The translations under genes were made by a program, and so were the position numbers. The notes below the pieces were generated by a model. The model did no database searches. It saw nothing but the letters and a program-made list of their open reading frames with translations, and was not told the DNA's origin. A stretch of DNA of 62,994 bases, filler included, from Dimargaris cristalligena (lineage: Eukaryota): assembly GCA_003614675.1 (NCBI GenBank). It is 24 parts of 24 records of this genome, joined end to end, with 100 filler letters (N's around TTAATTAATTAA, not from the genome) between each part and the next. Parts side by side here need not be neighbours in the genome. Positions count along the whole stretch, not along the records: positions 8,015 to 10,571 come from ML004176.1; positions 10,672 to 13,227 come from ML004177.1; positions 13,328 to 15,872 come from ML004178.1; positions 15,973 to 18,517 come from ML004179.1; positions 18,618 to 21,161 come from ML004180.1; positions 21,262 to 23,803 come from ML004181.1; positions 23,904 to 26,442 come from ML004182.1; 17 more parts are not named here. One strand, 5' to 3'. This document shows positions 10,519 through 23,918 of this stretch, piece by piece. Positions within the stretch are counted from its first letter, which is position 1; each line of letters opens with the position of its first letter.

Positions 10519-13500
10519 AAATGATATTGGTAAATTAGGTTAAAAGTATGACAAATATACTTAGTAATACANNNNNNNNNNNNNNNNNNNNNNNNNNNNN
10601 NNNNNNNNNNNNNNNTTAATTAATTAANNNNNNNNNNNNNNNNNNNNNNNNNNNNNNNNNNNNNNNNNNNNGAAAACTTGTTTCTCTATCTTTCTCCTTC
10701 TTTTATTCCTTCCTACCATCCGACCCTATTAGTTTATTCTATTTTTACTATCAAAATTTGTCTCTGCCGTGTTCTTTACACATGTGCATGACGACTTTCG
10801 GTTATTGCAGACCGTGGACTTGTCCAATTGGCGTAATAAGTATTGCCAATAAATAACAAAACATCGACGGCATCTATCAACGATAATAAGATGTAATGAT
10901 AAGGAATTCACCGAAAAATAGGCCGGACTTTTAAATGCAAGGAAGGATAGTGGGCTTTTTAATGCAAACCATGAGTATAAAGAAATGAATAATATTTTGT
11001 TAGTTTTTTGTGGGCGCCACAGTATAGGCAGTATTTTTTTGTGGGTAAATGATGGGAATGATACCGCCAATGCATACCATGGCATATTCCACCCTCTGAC
11101 AATGAGGACTGGCTGTCCATAGTCCAGGGACAAGTACTGACCTCCGGATGGCACTACAATTGCTCTAGGAGGCTCTTTCCCATTGTGCATTGTCTTATAT
11201 AATATACCGTCTATATCTATATTGGCCCTTTCCCATCTTGACAGACTGACACGTAATAGTTTCAATGGGAGGGCATATATATGTTACCATCAGGATGGGA
11301 TCTTACAGTACTAGGTTTAGGGATGTGGATGGGTGTCATGGGCTCTTTTGTAGGGCGTCTCGGCATTGAGGGAGGTATCTCTTGGCTGACAGAGGGAGAG
11401 AGAGGGAGGGACGTTAGCTGGGTAAGAAGAATCAAGCTGTGAATGGGGTATAATAGCAATCGAACTATAGAAACATTCAATAAACAACATAAATAACGCC
11501 GCCTTTTGAATAGTGTATTTATTTTAACAATGATTGCAGTGAGATTATAAATCGTACAAGGAAAGTAAAGAAATGTAAGGTATATCCAGAACACCCTTAT
11601 CTCTTTCGAAGGGGACTCTCGAACCAGGGACATAAAGCAGTCGTCTAAATTTACCAATATGTATTCTACATGTCAAATAGACGTCTTACAATCAGCATAA
11701 CACATTTTCATTCAAACAAGTGGTAACATAGACCTTCCAAGGGCGCGGAAATATTCACCAGAATCGGCATGTCATTGAAAATCAGTGGTCAGCATCCAAA
11801 TAATCAATAATCGTCGATTTGTCATCGTAATCATCGACTGAACTGGTAGTCAGATATTCGAAGCCAATTGGTGACCATCTCACGGAACTGCACTAGGGGT
11901 TACTTATTTTCGTAACACCTGGTGGGCAAAGACCACTTTGTCCAGTAGACTAATAAAGCAACTGTTGTATTGGCCAAGTAACTTGGTACTGGGTCAGTAG
12001 TGAATATATGGCGGAGGGGTCCTTCAAGTACCTATCAAGGCGAGGTAGTTGATAATAATAGTGTCTTGTTCTGCCACAGCAGAAGCACCATGCCAGCACC
12101 ATATTTTATTTGCGTGGCAACTAAAGTAAGGCACCCGGTTGTAGTAGGACCAATTGTCCAGCGTGAGAGTAAATATTTACTATTATTGACCAAAATGACC
12201 TGGGAGAAGTGGTCTGTATGAATGGATACTGGGACATAACTAAGTTCATTAGTGCGTCCAGTAATATAAAAGCAGCGCCAATATATTGGAAGCCTGGCAG
12301 ATACTTCATTTTTTATGCATACCCATTGGAATTTGGCCAGCGCCTCCTTTCATCTAACCTTTTCCCCTCCTAATAAATTCACGATCCAACCCCGGCCGCT
12401 GTTTTTCGTTATGCTAGACGCAAGTGTGGGCTACTGGGAAGATTCTTCTTCTTTCAAGTTTCGTGATTTGGTACTAGATACATGAATCAATGCCAAATCC
12501 GTTAATTATATTTATATATGCATTTACACCTGGGGGGTGAATGGGTGGATGAAGGATTAGCCTGGCATTAATCTTCGAGAACTGGGGATGTGTATTCACA
12601 ATGGCCATTAGACACTGACCATTTAAACCTAGCAGGTGATGTAACCTACCTGAATAAAATAGGGAAGACCCTCATGTAAAAGGCTGGAACTGTAGGAGGG
12701 CTACCATTGTGACATTAGGAGCCGTATGGCCCAGCAATTAAGTACCCTACAGTCCACCAGCAGTACTTTTTGTTACTTTTCTATATACACCCATTCAGGG
12801 CATTTCGACGGTGAACAATGGTACAGCCGATAAGGAATAGCTGCCCAGCCAAGAGTAGTACCATTCTCCCCAGTGTCAGCAGATAAGCCCTTCATCATAT
12901 GGGGGAGTGCTACCTAGCCGGATACTAAATTCGTTTTACTTTTCCAGCGGTCATAATAAACAAAACTGAAACTGGACATCTTTCAACCTTGGTTGTAATC
13001 TGGGAATATAAACAAACACTACCATTATCCAGATACACACGGTGTATATTTTAGATTCCCATCCAACATCATTACTTAATCTTGCTTAAGCTTTTCATCT
13101 TTTGGTATTCCTTCAGGCCCCAGAAAAACCAATGCCGTTAATGTTAATAACCTCCATATGGGTGAAGTTCAGCTTGGTTGTATAAGGTTTTAACCGTTAT
13201 GTGTTTGGGAAAATCGGCGGGATGTTTNNNNNNNNNNNNNNNNNNNNNNNNNNNNNNNNNNNNNNNNNNNNTTAATTAATTAANNNNNNNNNNNNNNNNN
13301 NNNNNNNNNNNNNNNNNNNNNNNNNNNGCCGAGAGGGTATATTATAATAGCCGGAGGCAAGCTGTTACACATGGGCGTCTAGCTGCATACCCAGGAGCAC
13401 TAGGAGTATGCCGAGTGCGTTCGAAAGCAGCCTGGTGTAATATACAATCACAATATAGAGTGGAAAGAACAAATGGCGAATGACGGTTATACTAAGCGTG

Positions 13501-15639
13501 ACGCTACTAGTCTTTATATAGTGTATCTTTACATAGGAACGGCACTAAACCATTAAGATTCCTTGGATTACTCAGATTGACGCCCGCTCATGTTTGAAGT
13601 TCAGGGGGAAGAGTGTAAGTGCAGCGTATTGCGCCTTTTCCAGCCCCATTAGCCCGACCAAGACACGATGCTTCTAGGAATATTCGATATACCGCACTAA
13701 GGGGATCTTACGCTTTTCATTGAATACCGGGATTAATTTCTTGGGGATACTCTTAACATAGTGGCTCATGTAATCAGCCTTTGATCATTACCGAACATCC
13801 CACGTACAACAATTGTTTACCTTCAAAGATAAGTTTAGTATAGGCCCATCTACGTGTACCAGGTGCCTACAGAGCTATGGCCCGTAGCCAGGCAACATGG
13901 CTTACCAATGTTTACCAATCACGCTACCTAATCGACCGACGGTAATCGGGCCATGGGCCACTATTCCCCGCACCTATGAAAGTAAACTAGATACCCTTGA
14001 TTATTCAGAGTGGAAATGCGGCACGAGATGGGTATATGGACACACGACTAGCCCCAACTAATCTTTTCCCGCCGAATAGCCATTGTTGTTCTTTCCACTA
14101 CGGCCATCGGGGTTGGCAAGAGGGAGGGGTCGCGTAGCTAGCGGCATTTTAAATAAAGGAGGAGATTCCACTCGATTTGCATTGATTTTCAAAATGAATC
14201 TTGCCAGCGGGGATAGTCTTTGGGAACTTCCTGTTATACCTCCCTTTTTCTCGAACGACACTCTTTATAGCTGCAATCCAAGGTGGAATGTCGCATTGGC
14301 CATTATCGATGCATTCTGAGACCATTTTGCGGGTGCGGGGCTATACCCGTTGTCCACGCCCACAGTCTCCCAAATTAAGTGCATCTTATTTTAAAAATAG
14401 CCCCACTCAAAGCGGCAAACTAATCCTTCCACAGCATTGGCGAGGGAAGGGGTAAGGCCTAATATACCTGCTGGACTTAAAGCCGCACAACGAGAACCAA
14501 TTCTCCTCACCAATCGTCGGTTAGTATTTGCGGAGGGCTAAATGTTAGGTTAATCAGATACAAAAACCCTGTCACTTGCCCCCTTTACGATTGTATATAC
14601 ATTGTCGCTGTGAGCCAATCTGGTGCTATTTCAGCTAGCCACGTATGTAAATAGGCAAACCGACCTTGAGTGGCTATTTTATTCACCGATCTAATTAAGC
14701 CGCCGATTCCATCTATCCCTACTGATTATTCGTAAAGTGAGGACGAGTAGCAACCATCGGCCACTCTACTCCCAATTAGGCCAAGATGTGACAGCATTGG
14801 GGAAGACTATAGATGTTTAAAACTGGTCTTCGCTTGGGTATCCCATTTGATGAGTACCAAACCCTTCACCACAATTGAGTTTTATTTGACTCGCCGACAA
14901 TTGGGCTAACATGTATCGTCACCTTCCTCTACCACAACTATAACATGGAAAGTCCCATTTTTGAAGAGGCTTATGGTGAGGAATCAGCAGGTTACAACAA
15001 TATACGCATATTATAGGGAAAAGAAGAGAATTCCAAAATCCCTGATAGGCTACAATCGCCACACAGATTGCCCGCCGATCCACGTCAATCTAGGGTGTGA
15101 TTCGTGGGGATATGGATGGGCCAAAATGAGTAGGCGGACCCTGCTAAGTTACCGAGCGGTCCTCCTTTAATATTGGCCACACACAAAACCCTTAAAGAAG
15201 TTGATGGGCTGTGTATCCAGTGATTGTTAAGGGAAATGGAGGCTTGAAGGCGGCGACCTTTCTCATTCATCTACCCATATATAATACCCCGGCTCCGTCT
15301 GGCCCTCCAGATTGTTAACTCGATAATACCCTCTTCCACTCCCCCTATTATTGTACGATATCCATCGGCGTACAGGCTATGCCACCTTCTTTTTATGACC
15401 TGCTAATATTATCCGTATCACTTCTAATCATTTGTATTTATTGTGACATTTAGTAATATTCACAACCCTACCCCTCCCCTCCGAAGACCTTTACCATTTA
15501 CTTTAGCCCATGTGCCCAACTATTGACCACCTCACTATTTAAACTCTGCTATTCTAAATAATCGTTTAGTGGCCATTATACATATATTGCTGTTAATATT
15601 TCTGTTCCTTTCATCAACACACCATATCTTCCTGTTATC

Positions 15640-15872
15640 ATGCGGGTAACCATTAGCTTAGCATTATGTCTACCCCTGCTTGGGGCTGTATTCCCCCTCT
15701 CCACTCGTGGTGCTGATGTAGACGTTGGTCGGTTCGACCATTCGAGTATCTATTTTAACAAGGCGTTATTTATCCTGGGCGGCCAGGTAGACCATAATGG
15801 CACGCTAGCCAGTAGCCATCTGTCGTTGGACCTGGCGACCCCCTTTAACACCGACCAACCCCCATGGATATA
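15640..15872 (+). CDS. Secreted or membrane Kelch-repeat (galactose-oxidase-like propeller) protein, N-terminus only
   Basis: Signal peptide MRVTISLALCLPLLGAVFP, then RFDHSS...LFILGG...SLDLATPF...PPW, typical of fungal Kelch proteins. Confidence 0.7.
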
Positions 15873-16562
15873 NNNNNNNNNNNNNNNNNNNNNNNNNNNN
15901 NNNNNNNNNNNNNNNNTTAATTAATTAANNNNNNNNNNNNNNNNNNNNNNNNNNNNNNNNNNNNNNNNNNNNTTTCTAACGAACCCGATTTTTATTTGCA
16001 ATCACTTTGCATCCATTTTGCGACACAGTTGACATTCATATTTTTCATTAGTATTTTTGAAGCTCTTGGGGAATCGTAATTACTTGTTCCCTAAAACCCT
16101 CTACACAGTTTGCCACGAATTCTAGCACCCCCGGATCCAACCAGTCTACGTTCTTGAGCATTTCCGTACCTGTTGACCGGTGACCCTCTATTGTGGTGTC
16201 TTAGCGGCCCTAGAAGGAACTCAGGGCCGTTTAGCAGATCCCTAAGCCTAGTATGTCGAGAACAGAGTCACTCGGCACAACACAAGCTCAAGTAGGAATC
16301 TGGAATGCCCTACATTGAGTTTGGTTGTAAGTATTAAATGTGTATTAATATTACTGGGTGGAAGGGGGTAGGTCAGTTGGAGATTGGTGGATATCTCTAA
16401 GTAACCATTATTATTGAATACTGTAGTCAATTGGCTGTATTTTAGGTGGCTAAAAAGAAAGGGTATAGTACGATTTTATAAACTATCATACCTAGACAGA
16501 AGCAGGGAATAATTAAATCAATGGTGGGGCATAGTTTCAATATAATTCCCAACACAATCAAT

Positions 16563-16591
16563 ATCTCTCTCTCTCTCTCTATATATATATA
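16563..16591. repeat. (TC)n(TA)n microsatellite
   Basis: TCTCTCTCTCTCTCTCTATATATATATA. Confidence 0.85.
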
Positions 16592-17107
16592 CTATGAGTT
16601 GGCATTCCCCGTCCACTTTCCTGCCCTCTCTGGTCTCATACTAATGGTGGAATCCTAAAAGGTACATCCCGGACTAATATAAGTATCAAATCAAATCCTC
16701 TCCTGAGAGGGCTTATCATTGTTTTATCATTTAGATATTATCGCTGACTTCTCTTTGGATTTTTTTATCTGATATCCCTTGGCAAGTTACTGCCTCACTT
16801 TTTATATTTTACCATAAGTACCACCACTTTTATCTTTATCCAACGCGGTGATACTCGCGCGCTCTCCCAGTTAGTCCAATACCATGGCTGCATCCTTCAC
16901 CGGAACGGATTCTTCCTGTATAGAGGGTATCTCATATTCTTCTGGTAGAGAGCCAGCCTCAATAAAGTTAAGTCATGCCGAAGGGAGGTGACGCTCTCCA
17001 CTTACATTCCCAAGTCCAACAGCAAACACATGTATGCCAAATTTCTCCTGAATATATACATTTATTATTATTAAACTGCTATTATACTAAGGTAAATATG
17101 TACTAGC

Positions 17108-18517
17108 TTAAACTAATAGAGGTCGGTCACTTCGTCCGTTCGGGTCCGGGTAAGTCATACTTGGAATCCCAATGTCGCTGAAGCCCGATTCCGGAAGATC
17201 GCTGTAGTCTAGCGCGTCATAGTATTCGTCATCGGATGCCCCCTCATTATCGCTGAGAACTGATTTCAGAGGATTATCATTGAGTTCCTCTTCATCGCCA
17301 ATTGATCTTAGCTCCATCAACTGAGCGTTGGTGGGCCACTTAACCAGCTTACCCCTCAATCTAGGGTCTGAGCTCTTGGACATTCCAGGGGTGGGTGTAT
17401 ACTCCTTTAATCCCCAATAGTTACTGTGATCCGCAATACTACAGTTCATTAAAGATAGATCAGGAGAACATGCAGGATCGTTGGCAAACGCTTCGTCGTT
17501 GTACAAACATTGGATGGTGTGTTTCCCGCCTGGAAGGATGTAAATTTCGATTTTGGCGTGTAAATAGGTGCCCAGTAGGTGGACATTAGGAACTAAGTTG
17601 AATCCAGAGGTTACTAAAGTGCTCGGAATTAGTTGCTTATTGTACTGTTTCACGAATTCCATATTACCGACTGGCGGACTTCCAAAAGTTACCAGATGAG
17701 GCTTTAGGACGCCCTTGTATTTGGAGACGAGCGGGTAGTCAAAGGCAGCCAGGTTGGCAATGGCTGCAGCAGTCAAAACAAGTGAGTGATGCAAATATAC
17801 AATATTTAGGGTTTACAATTAGACATGACAAGGGTAAATGCAGATTACTAAGCACGAACTGTGCTATATTCGCCCAATTGTGGTGTAATTAATGTCGATC
17901 GAATTGTGGATGCGACTATATATAGCATGCCAAAACATGGGAGTTTCCAACCATATATTACCGACTATAAGAGCAGGCAAGTCCAAGCATACTGGATCCG
18001 TAAAAGTAGGCCGGAGAACCCCCCCCCCCCCCATAATTACTTACCGCCACCCAGGGAATGCCCTAGAAAGTACATGTTTTCGCTCTGGGGTTCGCCATCA
18101 TCTTATCGAGGGCTGCAGTATAAGGCTTGATGCACTGGCTATAGACCGAGAGGAATCCTTTATGGATCGGAATATCCATATTACCCGGCCAAGTAGTTGG
18201 CCAGCCTATGGCATCGTACACAAACGTAACCTTGGTTTTGGGGGTGGAGCCACGGAATGAAACATAAATAGTTTCGCCCGTTCTGTCTTCAGCCACGAAC
18301 CCACGGCAAGTGGCCGTCGATGGACTTTCAAAGGCAATTACGGACCCGGTATTTATAAAACCATCCTTCCCAACTTCCTCGGCCAATGTTTCCATGAGTC
18401 GATAGGCGGTAAATGCGTAACTAATGGATGAAGAACAAAACAGATACGTGTAGTGCCATCCGGAGGTCGGCACTTAACCCCGGACTGTGGATGGCCAGTC
18501 CTCATCACCAGAGGGCG
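17108..18517 (-). pseudogene. Class-3 lipase (alpha/beta hydrolase), probable pseudogene
   Basis: IYVSFRGS and IHKGF. GHSLGG follows after a 1-nt frameshift near 18080. GT-AG intron 17764-18044. Then TFGSPPVGN and DHSNYWG. The catalytic DxVP reads NLVP. Confidence 0.8.
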
Positions 18518-18617
18518 NNNNNNNNNNNNNNNNNNNNNNNNNNNNNNNNNNNNNNNNNNNNTTAATTAATTAANNNNNNNNNNNNNNNNNNNNNNNNNNN
18601 NNNNNNNNNNNNNNNNN

Positions 18618-18699
18618 ACTCGTCAGGGGCGTACTTCCGATAAGTGCGAAAAATAGATAAAAAATAAAAGTAGGTAAAAAATGTGGTAAGTTCACCACA
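18618..18699 (-). mobile_element. Family-C LTR-like repeat end
   Basis: ...AAAATGTGGTAAGTTCACCACA, also at 3206-3244, 26287-26442 (inverted), 42283-42382, 45028-45326 and 55358-55707. Confidence 0.75.
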
Positions 18700-19658
18700 A
18701 TAGCCACAAGGTGGTAATTAAGCTTTTGACAACATTAGTTACAAAACTGATTTTGGCTAATGCAAACAATGAGAATCATACATTATAGAACACACCAGAA
18801 ATGAGCATTCAGGATGAGGTATATTTCAAAATGATGGCTATGCTTTGCCCACAGGTATGTCTGATTGGATTATTGACAAGGCAAGCCAGTGAATGGTAGA
18901 TTATATTAAAATATTCCAATCCTAAAGTGCATATAGTGAAATATCTACCATTAGTACCTAGGCACAGTCAGTGGTAAACTGTATAGATAATATTCAAACT
19001 GTGTACCCTTCCCTCTGTGGACAGTAATAGGCTGATTCACTAACAGTGTTGCTACTATAACAATCAATGTAATGTGGTGGGGGAGGCTTGCAGATATTAG
19101 CTACTATAAAAACAAACAGCTCACATTACCTCCAAATATTTGCAGGCTCTTTTTATTAGTTACTTTCATAATAATAAATCTACTCTATTACTATAATTCC
19201 CACTGTTAACACATAATAGGGCTCACTATTCTGAAAATACTATCATGGTGGTTAACTACTTTTAATCTACTAAGGGTTTACACAGGTAGGTTCCTATTAG
19301 ATATAGTACTGGGAATACCCTTAACCAATATATTACTTGTCAGGTACAGGGAAAAGAAATAGTAATTCAACAACAAACAATAATGGGCTTATATTTACTA
19401 TCAATAGGATATACTGGAGTTCATTTTTGGTGGTAGATATGTTAGTATGAATGAATATACTATAATGCAAAGCCTTAGTGTATTAAAGTAAATGAAAGTA
19501 AAGAAAGCTGCAAGAGTTACATGGAATACACTCTGCTATGTGTTTTATTATATGATTATTGACTGTGAAGAAAGATGGGATATACTTATCTCTATAATGG
19601 GAGAATCTCTAAGAATATAATTTGATAGAGGTGTGAGCTGCCTTTCTAACAAGATGGG

Positions 19659-20240
19659 TGTCACCTGAGTTAACCACTCTTAGTCTGTCAAGAGTCCTGG
19701 GGATAGGCTTCTAACAGTAGGTGGGGCTTAGGCTCAGCCAAGCAGCTACTAGTATTAGGTATGGGGCACAGTACTAACCAATAAAGGCTTAGGCAATCAG
19801 GTATGCAAGGGACATGCAGCAGGCACACTTACTGGTCAGTATGAAGGGGTGAGTGTATATAGAGTTTATTTGGGTAAACTGGGGGGTAAGAATAAGCCAA
19901 GGAATTAAACTGGTCCTAATGGGGCTCAGTTATATATATACAGGGACACTCCAGAGGGAGGTCCTAAGGGAAGGATACTACTAAGGCTGTAGAATAGATA
20001 ATTAGGTAGACTGGATAGCCACAGGTATCTGGAAGACTCTGATGGTAACTAGAAGAGTCTAACAGATTAGCACTTGAGTGATTAGTGTAAAGGGGTGGAG
20101 TCCAGAAGGGGAAGGGTTATATGATATAGGATGATCATATAGTACCAAGGGTGACTATGGGAAGGTTAATTTGGCACTATAAGGCCCAATAGGGACATAT
20201 ACTTAGGCATCTGGATTAAAGAGGATTAGATGGTCTGATA
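19659..20240 (-). mobile_element. Family-A solo LTR (~580 bp)
   Basis: TGTCACC...TCTGATA termini. Multicopy in the window and essentially CpG-free. Confidence 0.85.
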
Positions 20241-20737
20241 TATAGTATAATTTATGAATTGTAAAGAGGAAGAAGACAAAGAGGGCTACTATTCATCTTA
20301 AAAAAATTATTATAAATATTATATGTAATTCCATAAAAATAAAACAGAAAAACCCTTTGAAGATAATGAAATAATGGTGAATTACACAGAAAACTCAGGA
20401 ATATAATACAAATATTTCAACTGATTAAAAGTTTATATGAAAAAGAATTCACATAAGTTCAAAGCTAGTAAATAAATAGATAAAAAATACATCAATAATA
20501 AAATAATGCCATACATTAATTATAGTATAAATATGAGCTAAATAAAGATTAATTAGCTTTATATAGTAATTACTAATACATAACCTTAGTACTAGGTGTT
20601 GTTGAGGGAAAAGGTACTATGTTACTATAAGGCTGAATATTAACTGTTTCCCCCCATCCTACTGAAACGTAATAGCATCTGAAATAAAAAATATCAGAAA
20701 AGAAGACTGTAATGCTCATTTTTGACAAAAATGAGAA

Positions 20738-20810
20738 AGCCCAATGCGGGGGTCGAACCCGCAACCTTGAGATTAAGAGTCTCACGCTCTACCGATTGAG
20801 CTAACCAGGC
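20738..20810 (-). tRNA. trnK: tRNA-Lys (CTT)
   Basis: GCCTGGTTAGCTCAATCGGTAGAGCGTGAGACTCTTAATCTCAAGGTTGCGGGTTCGACCCCCGCATTGGGCT folds as a cloverleaf with anticodon CTT and a GTTCGA T-loop. No encoded CCA; downstream T-run as for Pol III. Confidence 0.95.
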
Positions 20811-21261
20811 ATCTTGTTTTCGTTTGCTTCATTTTTATGTACCCAAATTTTTGGCTACTCGTTTTCGAACCGTTCACGACTATCCATCCATCGATTTCGA
20901 CCCTTCGGGCACCCGCAAGACTGCCCGAAACGACGCCCCGACTGTCCGACCCGTCCACCAGAACGACGATTACGTGGACACCCCGACGATCTATTGAACA
21001 TTCCGCCGATTCTGTGAACATTTCGAAATTCGCATCTCAGATCTGAGATCTCATTCGAATATCGAATTTCGAACTCGGCCCTAGCGATTTCGACCACGTT
21101 GCTACCGTACGACCGCGACGACCGGCCCACTATGCCGCCCACTCGAACTGGTGCTAGTGCTNNNNNNNNNNNNNNNNNNNNNNNNNNNNNNNNNNNNNNN
21201 NNNNNTTAATTAATTAANNNNNNNNNNNNNNNNNNNNNNNNNNNNNNNNNNNNNNNNNNNN

Positions 21262-21558
21262 TTTCTTTCTGTGTATCATTTTTCTTTTATCTTTTTTTTA
21301 TACAATAAAATTACCTTTACTACCACTTGGGTTACTTGGATTCTTTATGCCTCTGAAGTTGTGGTTGCCAAGGAAATGGTCCTTTTGAGCTTCCAAACAG
21401 GTATTTCTATTACTTTGGTTTAAACTAGTTTTATTTTATCATAAAAATATTATATTTTTAAATATTTTCATTTGAGTAACAAACCAGTTCGCCTGGAGAA
21501 GCCACCCTGCCCTTTTGATATATTTTGTTGTTCATTTTAGTGGCTTGATACCACCACA
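21262..21558 (+). mobile_element. Family-B LTR part inserted into a Copia protease
   Basis: Ends GATACCACCACA. Reverse complement of about 23919-24220. Confidence 0.7.
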
Positions 21559-22943
21559 CTGTGACACCACCACAGGCTTATCATTTGCCAGGGTTATAGT
21601 ACGGGATTCAGGGCTATATGTGTCAAATATGTCACGGTGGGGGCAATAATGTTTTGATGCCCCAGAGTTAATGATTCATGCCGCTCGGTTTGCATGCCCG
21701 TCAGTTACTTTGAAGGCAAACTCATCCTTTTCTTGGACCAATTTAATGGTTGGCTCATGAAGATCCTGTTTATCATCAGATTTCTTGCCTTTATGGAGTT
21801 TGTTTGAGTAATACCCATCAGTACTGTGGGTGTTTACCTTGTGAATATCACAGTAAACTAGTGTCCCCTTTTCCTTTTTGAGTTTTGTTGCCTTCTTCTT
21901 TCCCTAACCGGTGAATTGCCCATGCTATTGTCTGCTGCCTCAATCAGTGACCTTCATGGCTGATTCCAAAGCTACTGGTGTACTCTCATTATGGTTGAGA
22001 TGGTCCTCAGCTTGGATGAAGGTCTGAACTGCAGAGTCAAAGTTGTAGGTCTCAAGCTCGCGACAGTGCCATTGTGAGACATACGATTGGTAGGCAGGGT
22101 CCAGTGATTGTAAGAGGAGGAGTGTTTGGTGTTGGTCTGCTGATAGGTTTTATTCAGCAATACCATCATCCAAGGTCTTGATAGTGGTTGCAAGATCTCA
22201 GATACTCATGTTGCCTTGACAAAGTCTGGCTATCTCCCTGTACATGTGGATCACTTTCATAGTTGGCATTTTGGCATATTGCTTTGCCAGTCTATCCCAG
22301 ATCTCTTTTGCACTTGTCTTAGTTGGGAATGAGTCGTTAATACCTTTTGGTAGTGAGGTACAGATAACAAAAGTAGCTTCACGGTCCTTGTGATACTTTT
22401 CATCGACCATGGGGTCATCACCCTTTTTCTTGCGACTCGGGAGGGATTCAGTTGTGACTTCCCAAAGATCTTCCATTTCGAGGAAGATCTCCATGTATGA
22501 GGCCCAGCTCTTGTAGTTGGTCTCTTCAAACACAGGGATAGTACAATCATACTGAGTGTTTCTCATCTTGTCTTGATAGGTGTTGGATGGATGGATGGAT
22601 GAATAAGTGTGTACAGACTTTTGCACTTTGGTGTACTTCTGTGAAGTAAATAAGGTTTTATATTGTGCTTTATTATTAAAGAACAGCAGGGCTCATAACC
22701 TGTTGGAATAATTGTAAGAATAAAAACTGCAATCTTTATTATATGGGTAAATAATCACTAGTAAAAGATTGTAATGAATATAGAAGAAAGCCGCAAAGGT
22801 AAAACCAACAACTCCAGTTGAGTTGTTTTATTGAATAGTGGACACACCCATAAGAATGGAGGGGATGTGGCTATTGTATAGTGAATCAAATAGTGCTCAA
22901 AAGAGCAGAATGAGAATCACAGTTAATCATGTGATCTCTAACA
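21559..22943 (-). mobile_element. Ty1/Copia 5' portion (LTR, PBS, gag, protease), decayed
   Basis: 243-bp LTR 22701-22943 (TGTTAG...CCAACA). PBS GGTTATGAGCCC at 22689-22700, the copia-type half-tRNA-iMet primer site. Gag NYKSW...EDLWEV. Protease relic *IINSGASKH (from WxxDSGA). Confidence 0.88.
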
Positions 22944-23435
22944 CCCAATACTATAGGATCATCCTATATTATATAACCCTTTGCCTTCTGGACTCTACCT
23001 CTTCCCACTAATTACTTGAGTACTGATCCAAAGACTCTTCTGGTTACCATCAGAGTCTTCCAGACCCTAATGGCTATCCAGTTGGCCTATTTACCTATAC
23101 CTTAGTCTTAGAAGTATTATTTCCTTAGGACCTCCCTCTAGAGTTATCCCTGCATATATATAACTGGGCCCCATTAGGACTAGTTAGATTCCTTAATTTA
23201 CTCTTACCCCTTAGTTTACCCCAATAACTACTATATAAACTCACTCCCCCTATACTGACTAGTAAGTATACCCACTGTATGTCCCTCACATATTATTGTG
23301 CTTAGCCTTTATTAGTTAGTACTATACTTTATTCCTAAAGCTAGTAGCCTGTTTGGCTGAGCCTAAGCCCCATCTACTATTAGAAGCCTATCCTTGAGAC
23401 TCTTAATAGACTAAGAGTAGTCAACCTAGGTGACA
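22944..23435 (+). mobile_element. Family-A LTR (partial; target of the Copia insertion)
   Basis: Reverse complement of 19659-20150; ends GGTGACA. Confidence 0.8.
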
Positions 23436-23918
23436 CATTGGTCCCCAAACATGAAATATGCACTGTTCCCCATTATAAACTGAACCACTTGTAAACAAGC
23501 TACTAGTCTACTTATTGTAGGTTCCCCTTTACCAACTAGTCCTCTGAGCTGGTTTAATTAATTGCATATTAAATAATTTAAAGGGTTTCCCACACTTAGT
23601 ATCACTAGGATAAATAATAGCAATAGCTGGCTGGTGGTTCATTCTGCAAAATTGTTCAAAATGACCTCCATTTCACCCTTTCTCTATTATTATCTTACTT
23701 ACCCTCGTAGCTCACATATCTTGGTTATTGGTGTATAAAGCCAACTCCGCTGCATAAATCGAGTGAATGGATGCGCCTCGAGGCGGTTGTGGTCGTGATG
23801 GAGNNNNNNNNNNNNNNNNNNNNNNNNNNNNNNNNNNNNNNNNNNNNTTAATTAATTAANNNNNNNNNNNNNNNNNNNNNNNNNNNNNNNNNNNNNNNNN
23901 NNNAGCAGCCATGGTCAC

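Noticed and set aside
10729-12309. Possible multi-exon secreted-protein gene on the minus strand
   Set aside because: There is a signal-like start at 12309 and some splice-like sites, but I could not build a consistent model or recognise a domain.
16203-16251. GC hairpin followed by CTAGT, like a Helitron 3' end
   Set aside because: Loop and spacing are atypical, there is no second copy, and no Rep/helicase is seen.
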